From the NCBI GenBank assembly GCA_963799675.1, contig CAWCXQ010000007.1:118077-182076 (forward strand): a stretch of 64,000 nucleotides of DNA, in the 5' to 3' direction. Source of the stretch: an uncultured Chloroflexia bacterium (GTDB taxonomy: Bacteria > Chloroflexota > Limnocylindria > QHBO01). How positions within the stretch are numbered: position 1 is the stretch's first letter; each line of letters begins with the position of its first letter. Positions 57,299 to 64,000 of this stretch are shown one piece after another. The position numbers were made by a program, and so were the translations under genes. The notes beneath the pieces are model-generated. The model was not told where the DNA came from. It searched no databases and saw only the letters and a list, made by a program, of their open reading frames with translations.

Positions 57299-58897
57299 AT
57301 GGAGATGATCGGCAGGCTGATTGGCGGCCGCTACCGACTCATTGCGCCACTCGGCGAGGGCGGCATGGCAACCCTCTGGCGCGCCGTCGACGAGCAGCTC
57401 GATCGCGAGGTGGCGGTGAAGCTGCTTCGGCCTCAGTTCGGCGCCGATCCGGGCTTCACCGCCCGCTTCAAGCAGGAAGCCCGCTCGGCCGGGCAGCTCG
57501 CCCACCCGAACATCGTCAGCGTCTACGACTACGGCACCGATCCGGACGACGCCGCCCAGTTCATCGTCATGCAGCTGGTCGACGGGGAGGATCTGGCCGC
57601 GATCCTCCGAGAACGCGGACGCCTCTCGATCAACGATGCGGTGCGCGTCGCCGCCGAGGTCGCCTCCGCGCTGGAGGCAGCCCATCGGCGCGGGATCGTC
57701 CACCGCGACGTGAAGCCGGGGAACATCCTGATCACCGACGGCGATCGGTCGGTGAAGGTGACCGACTTCGGGATCGCACGCGCCGTCAGCGAGGCGTCGA
57801 TGACGGTCACCGGCACGACGCTCGGGTCGGTCCATTACTTCAGCCCCGAGCAGGCCCGCGGCGACAACGTGACCGGAGCCTCCGACGTGTACTCGCTCGG
57901 GATCGTGCTCTACGAGATGCTCACCGGCAGGCGCCCGTTCGAGGGCGACTCGGCGGCGGGCGTTGCCCTGCGCCGACTGAACGAGGACGCGCTGCCGCCG
58001 TCGGCGATCGGGGTGACGCTGCCGCCGGGGCTGGAGGCGATCCTGATGCGGGCGCTCGCCCGCGAGCGCGAGGACCGATACCCCGACGCAGGCGCCTTTG
58101 CCGAGGCGCTCCGCACCTGGCAACGCGACCCGGACGCCATCCCGTCCCCTGGCCTGCGGCCGGCCGCCGGTGCAGCCGCGGTCGCGGCAACCCCTCGCGC
58201 CGGCGAGCCGACCGTCTACGTGCCACCCCCCGTGGCCCGCCCCGCCGATCGTGTGCCGGTCGCACCGCGACGCCCGGTTGAGCGTGACAGCGGGGGGACT
58301 CCCTGGTGGATCTGGCTGCTCCTGGTGCTCGGCATCGCGCTGCTCGGCACGATCGGCTTCCTGGGCGCCCAGATCTTTTCCGGCCTGACACCGGGTGCCA
58401 ACCCGTCGCCGAGCGCCAACCTGGTTGAGATTCCGAACTGGGTTGGCGATCCGATCAGCCAGGTCAGGGCGGAGGCGGAGGATCTGGGGCTCAAGATCGA
58501 CCCACGCGACGAGAACAGCGACACGGTCGCCGAGAACGACGTGATCCGCACGGAGCCGCCGGCTGGCCAGCAGATCGAGAAGGGGAAGACGGTGACCGTC
58601 TTCGTCAGCTCCGGCAAGGAGCAGGTTGCCGTCCCATCGCTGCGGGGCCAGACCCGGGACGAGGCTCGCGGCACCCTCGAAGCGCAGGGCCTGAACCTCG
58701 GCAACGTCGACCAGCAGTTCGACCAGAGCGTCGCGTCGGGAGCCGTCATCAGCTCGACGCCGCCCGCCGGCCAGTCGGTGGAGAAAGGGAGCAGCGTCGA
58801 CATCGTCCTCTCGCTTGGCCCCACGCCGAGCCCCAGTCCGTCGCCGACGCCGGTGCCGACGCCAACCCCGGTGCCGACGCCCATCCCGTCGACTTAG
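57299..58897 (+). CDS. PASTA-domain Ser/Thr kinase (PknB/Stk1 family)
   Basis: GEGGMA, VAVK, HRDVKPGN, DFGIA, SPEQARG; TM; two PASTA repeats. Confidence 0.95.
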   Translation: MEMIGRLIGGRYRLIAPLGEGGMATLWRAVDEQLDREVAVKLLRPQFGADPGFTARFKQEARSAGQLAHPNIVSVYDYGTDPDDAAQFIVMQLVDGEDLAAILRERGRLSINDAVRVAAEVASALEAAHRRGIVHRDVKPGNILITDGDRSVKVTDFGIARAVSEASMTVTGTTLGSVHYFSPEQARGDNVTGASDVYSLGIVLYEMLTGRRPFEGDSAAGVALRRLNEDALPPSAIGVTLPPGLEAILMRALAREREDRYPDAGAFAEALRTWQRDPDAIPSPGLRPAAGAAAVAATPRAGEPTVYVPPPVARPADRVPVAPRRPVERDSGGTPWWIWLLLVLGIALLGTIGFLGAQIFSGLTPGANPSPSANLVEIPNWVGDPISQVRAEAEDLGLKIDPRDENSDTVAENDVIRTEPPAGQQIEKGKTVTVFVSSGKEQVAVPSLRGQTRDEARGTLEAQGLNLGNVDQQFDQSVASGAVISSTPPAGQSVEKGSSVDIVLSLGPTPSPSPSPTPVPTPTPVPTPIPST

Positions 58898-58968
58898 CCT
58901 GCATCGGCCGATGCGATGCTAGGATTCCGGCCACGTCCAAGCGTGATCTGGAGGCAAGATACGCAACC

Positions 58969-59295
58969 ATGACAGCCGCAATGGCCGTCGACGAATCGTC
59001 GTTCGAACGCGAGATCCTCGAAGCCGAGAAGCCGGTGCTCGTCGACTTCTGGGCGCCCTGGTGCGGCCCGTGCCGCCTCGTCTCACCCGTCGTGGAGAGC
59101 TTCGGTGAGGCGCACGCCGAGAAGATCAGCGTCGCCAAGCTGAACACCGACGAGAACCAGGCGCTGGCGATGCGCTACAGCATCTTCAGCATCCCAACCC
59201 TCATCGTCTTCCACCGAGGCCGCGAGGCGGCTCGCCTGGTCGGCTACATGCCGCAGGAGGCGATGGAGGACCGGCTGCGCGAGTTCATCGCCTGA
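58969..59295 (+). CDS. trxA: Thioredoxin
   Basis: VDFWAPWCGPC, SIPTL. Confidence 0.95.
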   Translation: MTAAMAVDESSFEREILEAEKPVLVDFWAPWCGPCRLVSPVVESFGEAHAEKISVAKLNTDENQALAMRYSIFSIPTLIVFHRGREAARLVGYMPQEAMEDRLREFIA

Positions 59296-59390
59296 CGGAC
59301 CCTGCCGACGCCCTGACCGATACGGCCGGCCCACGCGCCGGCCGCCGTGCTCCGTCCGGCAGGCGCTACACTCGCCCACGCTGAGGGAGG

Positions 59391-59963
59391 GTGGCGCGCA
59401 GATCGATGATCATCAAGACCGAGCGTCGAGCGGGAGCCGAGCGGCGGCAGGGGAAGGACCCATTTGGTCCCGAGCGGCGCGAGGGCGACCGCCGCACGAT
59501 GTGCTGGGAGGTCGAGAACTGCGACCTCACCATTCGCTACCGGTGCCCCGCCTTCATCCTCCGGCGACCGTGCTGGGAGCTGTGGGCGGTGGAGGGGGTC
59601 GGCCCGGCCCGCGCCTGCTGCTACAACGACAAGGAGTGCGAGCCCGGACGCTGCGTGATCGCGGAGAAGCGCTTCGCCGGCAGCCCGGAGCCGCTCGCCG
59701 TGCACGTCGGGCGTCGCGGCGTTCCGCTCGGCTACAACCGCGCCCGCCGACACCACTGTCCGCATTTCTACCTGACCGATGGGGACCGCGGTCGCGTCCC
59801 GATCGACGCCCCCCAGCTAATGCGGACGCTCATGAAGCAGGACGGGATCGTAAGCCGCTGCGAGCTGCGCGGCGGCGTCCACCTCGACTCGAGCTACGTC
59901 CACGATCTCTGCCTCTCTCCGCAGTTCAACGACTGCGTCTTCTACGAAGAGAGCCACGACTGA
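59391..59963 (+). CDS. Cys-rich hypothetical protein with N-terminal ERR/DRR repeats
   Basis: 12 Cys including CWE..C..CPAF..PCWE; SD GAGGGAG. Confidence 0.75.
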   Translation: MARRSMIIKTERRAGAERRQGKDPFGPERREGDRRTMCWEVENCDLTIRYRCPAFILRRPCWELWAVEGVGPARACCYNDKECEPGRCVIAEKRFAGSPEPLAVHVGRRGVPLGYNRARRHHCPHFYLTDGDRGRVPIDAPQLMRTLMKQDGIVSRCELRGGVHLDSSYVHDLCLSPQFNDCVFYEESHD

Positions 59964-61271
59964 ACGGTTCCCAGCTCGACTATGCGGGGGCGGTCGAGGC
60001 GCTCACCGCGCGCGGCCGCTTCGGCGTGAGCCTGGGCCTCGAGCGTATCGAGGCGCTGATGGAGGCGCTCGACCATCCCGAGCGCGGCCTGCGCGGCGCG
60101 CTGGTCGCGGGCACCAACGGCAAGGGGAGCGTGATCGCGATGGTGCGCTCCGTGCTCCAGGCGGCCGGCGTGCGGGTTGGCACGATGCCGAAGCCGCATC
60201 TCGTCAGCTACCGGGAGCGGATCGCCGTCGACGGGGTGGCCCTCTCCCCGCAGCGCTTCGCCGAGGCGGTCGCGGCCGTGCTGCCCGCGGTCGACGAGGT
60301 GGCCGTGCGGCTGGGTCCGCCCACCGAGTTCGAGGCCTTGACCGCCGCGGCGATCCGTGAGCTTGCGCGGCAGCGTGTCGACCTGGCAGTGGTCGAGGTC
60401 GGCATGGGAGGCCGCCTCGACGCGACCAATGTGCTCGACCTTGGCGTGGCAGTGGTGACCAACGTGCAGCACGACCACGAGCGCTACCTGGGGAGCACCC
60501 TCGCGGCGATCGGCGGCGAGAAGGCGGCGATCGTGAAGCGCGGGGACGCTGGCGGTCACGGGGGCGAGCGGGCGTGGCCTGAGGCCCATCCTCGAGCGCT
60601 GCGCGGCGCTCGGGGTCCCGCTGCGGCGCGCGGGCGCGGGACAGCCGTATGCCGCGACCCTGCGGTCGAGCGGCTGGGCCGGGATCGTGATCGACGCGAC
60701 CACGCCCGAGCGGCGCCTGGACGGCCTTTCGATCGGCCTGCTCGGCGGCCACCAGGCCACGAACGCGGCAGTGGCCCTGGCGACGCTGGAGGCACTCGCC
60801 GTCGGCCTCGACGATGCCACCATCCGCGCCGGAATGGCGCAGGCCCGCTGGCCCGGCCGCCTGGAGCTGATCGAGAGCGGTCGTTTCGGCCGTGTCCTGC
60901 TCGACGGTGCGCACAACCCCGCCGGGGCCGCGGCGCTGGCGAGGGCGCTTGTCGAGCTGGGGGTCGAACGGCCGGTGCTGGTCTTCGGGGCGATGCGCGG
61001 AAAGCGGGTCAGCGCCGTCCTCCGCGCGCTGGCGCCCCTCCGGCCGCGGCCAATCTTCACCTCGGTCGCGGACCCGCACGCCCACCGACCCGCCGAGCTC
61101 CTTGGCCGCTGGCGCCGAATCGCTTGGGGCGGCCAAGCCGTGCCGGAGCCGGCGGCCGCGATGGACCGGGCTGCCGGGCTGCGACGAGCGGCCGAGGATC
61201 CGATCGTCGTGGCGGGCTCGCTCTACCTGGTGGGCGCCGTGCGCGGCATGCTGCTGGGCGAAGCCCCATGA
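59960..61271 (+). CDS. folC: Folylpolyglutamate/dihydrofolate synthase (frameshift near 60545)
   Basis: LGLER, AGTNGKGS, PHL, TEFE, EVGMGGRLDATN, WPGRLE, LDGAHNP, GSLYLVG. Confidence 0.92.
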
Positions 61272-62125
61272 CCACGTTGCGCTGGGGGGAGCGGACCTAT
61301 GTGATGGGAATCCTCAACGTGACGCCCGACTCCTTCTCCGGCGACGGCCTCGCGCCGCCGGACCGTGACGAGCGCGCCGTCGTCGCCGCGGCGCTCGAGC
61401 AGGCGCGCGGCTTCGTGGAGGCCGGAGCCGACATCCTGGACGTGGGCGCCGAGTCGACCCGGCCGGCATCGGTCTACGGGGAGCATCCGCAGGTCGACGC
61501 GCAGACGGAGCTCGGGCTCGCGATCCCGGTCGTATCGGCCCTGGCGGCAGCGTTCGCCGGGCGCGCGCTGGTGAGCATCGACACGAGCAAGGGCGTCGTG
61601 GCGCGCGCAGCGGTGGCAGCGGGCGCCGCGATGGTCAACGACGTGTGGGCAGGACGCCGCGATCCGGGGACGGTGGCCGCCGCGGCGGCTGGCGCGCACC
61701 TCGTGCTGATGCATAACCGCGAGCGCGCCGAGTATCCCGAAGGCCTGCTCGAGGGGATCGTCGCGTGGCTCCGCGCGGCGGTCGACGACGCCGTCGCGGC
61801 GGGCGTGCCGCGCGATCGCATTCTCGTGGATCCGGGTATCGGCTTCGGCAAGACGCCCGCCCAGTCGATCGAGGTGCTGCATCGGCTCGGCGAGCTCAAG
61901 GCCGCCCTCGACGGGCTCCCGATGCTGGTCGGCACCAGCCGCAAGCGGTTCATCGGCGAGATCCTTGGCGGCGTGCAACCGAGCGAGCGGGTCGAGGGGA
62001 CCGCCGCCACGGTGGCCCTGGCGATCGCGGCCGGCGCTGACGTGGTCCGCGTCCACGACGTGGCCGAGGTGATGAAGACGGTGCGCGTCGCCGACGCCAT
62101 CGTCCGTGCGACCATCAACCCGTGA
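61268..62125 (+). CDS. folP: Dihydropteroate synthase
   Basis: MGILNVTPDSFSGDG, GAESTRP, SIDT, DPGIGFGK, GTSRKRF, RVHDV. Confidence 0.95.
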   Translation: MTTLRWGERTYVMGILNVTPDSFSGDGLAPPDRDERAVVAAALEQARGFVEAGADILDVGAESTRPASVYGEHPQVDAQTELGLAIPVVSALAAAFAGRALVSIDTSKGVVARAAVAAGAAMVNDVWAGRRDPGTVAAAAAGAHLVLMHNRERAEYPEGLLEGIVAWLRAAVDDAVAAGVPRDRILVDPGIGFGKTPAQSIEVLHRLGELKAALDGLPMLVGTSRKRFIGEILGGVQPSERVEGTAATVALAIAAGADVVRVHDVAEVMKTVRVADAIVRATINP

Positions 62126-62529
62126 GCGGCGAGGACCGGATCAGCCTGATCGGGATGCGCTTTCTGGGCCGGCACGGCGTCATGCTCGAGGAGCGGCTCG
62201 AGCCACAGCCGTTCGAGGTCGACCTGGTCCTCCACGCCGACCTCGCGGCGGCATCGACCACTGACATCCTGACCGATACGGCCGACTACGCGGACCTCTT
62301 CGAGCGCGTTCGCGGAATCGTCGAGGGCGAGAGCTTCCGCCTCATCGAGGCACTCGCCGGAGCGATTGCGACCGGCGCGCTGGCAGCCACCGACCCCGCC
62401 CTCGTCGACGCGGTGGAGGTCCGGGTCCGCAAGCCCCGGGCGCCGCTGCCGGGTGTCTTCGGACACGTCGAGGCGGCGCTGCTGCGGCGCCGCCTCGACG
62501 GAACGGACGAGGATCCGGCCTCAACCTGA
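62122..62529 (+). CDS. folB: Dihydroneopterin aldolase
   Basis: GRHGV..EER..QPFEVD, DYA, LIEALA, RKP. Confidence 0.93.
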   Translation: MSGEDRISLIGMRFLGRHGVMLEERLEPQPFEVDLVLHADLAAASTTDILTDTADYADLFERVRGIVEGESFRLIEALAGAIATGALAATDPALVDAVEVRVRKPRAPLPGVFGHVEAALLRRRLDGTDEDPAST

Positions 62530-63792
62530 GGCGGGCAGCTCCCCGAGCGTCAGCTGCACGTCGCGGGTGGTGCTGCCGTGCAGGACCTTGAGGGTGATCG
62601 TGTCACCCGGCTTGTGCGGAAGGATCAGGAGCGACAGGTCGTGGGTCTCGTCGATGAGCGTTTCGTCGACCGAGAGGATCACGTCGCCCGACTGCAGCCC
62701 CGCCTTCGCCGCCGGACTGTCCGGAAGGACGGCCGGGGTGCCCGCGGTCCCGGAGCCGATCAGCGCGCCGTTCTTGACCGACAGCCCCTGGTCCTTGGCC
62801 AGCTGCTGCGTCAGCGGGGAGTACCGCACCCCGATGAACGGGCGGGACAGCTTCTCGCCCTTGAGGGCCTGCTGCATGATCGGCTTGGCGACGTCGATCG
62901 GGATCGTGAAGCCGATCCCCTGCGCGTCGGCGTTGACCGCCGTGTTCACCCCGATCACCTCGCCGCCGCTGTTGACCAGCGGGCCACCGGAGTTGCCCGG
63001 GTTGATGGCGGCATCGGTCTGGATCAGGTTGTTCAGCTGCTCGGAGCTGCTCGAGGTCGCGTCGCCGGCGCGAATCTGCCGCCCAAGGCCGGAAACGACC
63101 CCGGTGGTGACGGTGTTCTCGAAGTTGCCGAGCGGATTGCCGATGGCGATCGCCAGCTGACCCGCCTGCAGGTCGGCACTGGTGCCGAGCGGCGCGGTGG
63201 GCAGGCCGGTCGCGTCGATCTTGATGATCGCCAGGTCGGTCAGGGTGTCGATCCCGTAGACGGTCGCATCGAAGCTACGGGTGTCCTGCAGCTGGACGGT
63301 GACCTTCTGCGCGCCGTTGACGACGTGCCGGTTGGTGAGGATCCAGCCGTTGGCGTCGAAGATGAAGCCCGAGCCGGTGCCGCTCACGTTGTTCAGGGCA
63401 CCCGCGCCCTGCGAATAGATCGTCACCACGGCGGGCGCGACTTTCTTGACGGCAGCGATGACCGCTGACGACTCGTCGACGTGCACCTGGCTGACGCTGC
63501 TGGCAGCCGCGGGGTTGCTGGCGACGGAAGCCGGCGGTCGCAGCAGGTTGGAGACGGCGGTCGCGCTGAAGGCGCCGGAGAGGAGCCCCGCCACGATCGC
63601 CACCGCGATGATCGGCATGGCGGCGAGGCCGCGCCGCTCGGCGGGCGCGGCTCGGACCGGGGCGCGGCTCGACCAGCCCGCGGCTGCCTGCCAGGTGCCG
63701 CGTGGCTCAGTTGGCGTCGGCGGGCCGTAGTGCTGGTACTCGAGCGGCTCGGTGGGCGAGGGATCGCGGGGTTGAGATGGGTTGTCAGTCAT
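62521..63792 (-). CDS. HtrA/DegP-family serine protease with PDZ
   Basis: TM, GSGF, TNRHV, DLA, QTDAAINPGNSGGPL, PDZ domain. Confidence 0.95.
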   Translation of the reverse strand: MTDNPSQPRDPSPTEPLEYQHYGPPTPTEPRGTWQAAAGWSSRAPVRAAPAERRGLAAMPIIAVAIVAGLLSGAFSATAVSNLLRPPASVASNPAAASSVSQVHVDESSAVIAAVKKVAPAVVTIYSQGAGALNNVSGTGSGFIFDANGWILTNRHVVNGAQKVTVQLQDTRSFDATVYGIDTLTDLAIIKIDATGLPTAPLGTSADLQAGQLAIAIGNPLGNFENTVTTGVVSGLGRQIRAGDATSSSSEQLNNLIQTDAAINPGNSGGPLVNSGGEVIGVNTAVNADAQGIGFTIPIDVAKPIMQQALKGEKLSRPFIGVRYSPLTQQLAKDQGLSVKNGALIGSGTAGTPAVLPDSPAAKAGLQSGDVILSVDETLIDETHDLSLLILPHKPGDTITLKVLHGSTTRDVQLTLGELPASG

Positions 63793-63883
63793 CGGATTTG
63801 GCCTTGCTCATTGCGAACGGCGGGCGGATTGAGGTCACCGTAGGGCTGCCGCATTGCGCACAGGCGGGTCGCGACGTGAAGTT

Positions 63884-64000
63884 TCATTGATCTTGTGCGA
63901 GCTCGTCGGGGCGCGGCGCGGCCGCATCGGCGACGACCACGTGCGGCAGCATGACGCGAAAGAGCGAGCCCTCGCCGACCGTGCTCTCCACCGCGACGCT
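63884..64000 (-). CDS. Sensor histidine kinase C-terminus (partial)
   Basis: Minus-strand VAVESTVGEGSLFRVMLP...* resembles the HATPase G2 box. Confidence 0.75.
   Translation of the reverse strand, partial: SVAVESTVGEGSLFRVMLPHVVVADAAAPRPDELAQDQ

Noticed and set aside
58820-58895. Short tandem CCGACGCCG-type repeats (also near 20150-20470 and 39840-39920)
   Set aside because: They encode Pro/Thr/Ser linkers; not CRISPR or mobile repeats
59501-62125. 874-aa FolC-FolP fusion ORF
   Set aside because: A frameshift near 60545 explains it; the folC C-terminus is in another frame and folP has its own ATGA-coupled start

Overview
A very GC-rich bacterial chromosomal window of mostly housekeeping genes. 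Gene content (split cytochrome b6/subunit IV, PASTA kinase, HtrA, ykoEDC, many lipoproteins) suggests a monoderm, plausibly Chloroflexota; this is inference only. Left to right: ccmABCDEF; cupredoxin, HxlR, GAF, ECF sigma and an anti-sigma-like/Rieske fusion; glyoxylate reductase and aminotransferase; ErpA/IscA; class II aldolase; a Rieske/cytochrome b operon headed by a GltD/NfnB-like FeS flavoprotein; PBP, PIG-L, YhaN/YhaO; small membrane ORFs and bcp; a TPP riboswitch with thiN-ykoEDC; M23 peptidase; HTH-GAF-GGDEF; cax; WYL-CYTH-O-antigen ligase; Ku with a degenerate ligase domain; an intact ATP-dependent ligase; tRNA-Glu; codBA; galU-pknB-trxA; a Cys-rich ORF with folC-folP-folB; htrA. About 15 conserved genes carry small frameshifts, which I read as assembly indels. 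I saw no CRISPR array, IS, prophage or rRNA. Best leads: (1) the NAD(P)H flavoprotein coupled to the Rieske/cyt b operon, (2) an ECF sigma/Rieske anti-sigma pair sharing an upstream motif with a cupredoxin gene, (3) Ku paired with an apparently inactive ligase domain, (4) sigma54-like -24/-12 motifs before three stress-type genes. All family calls come from motif recognition by eye, not database searches.
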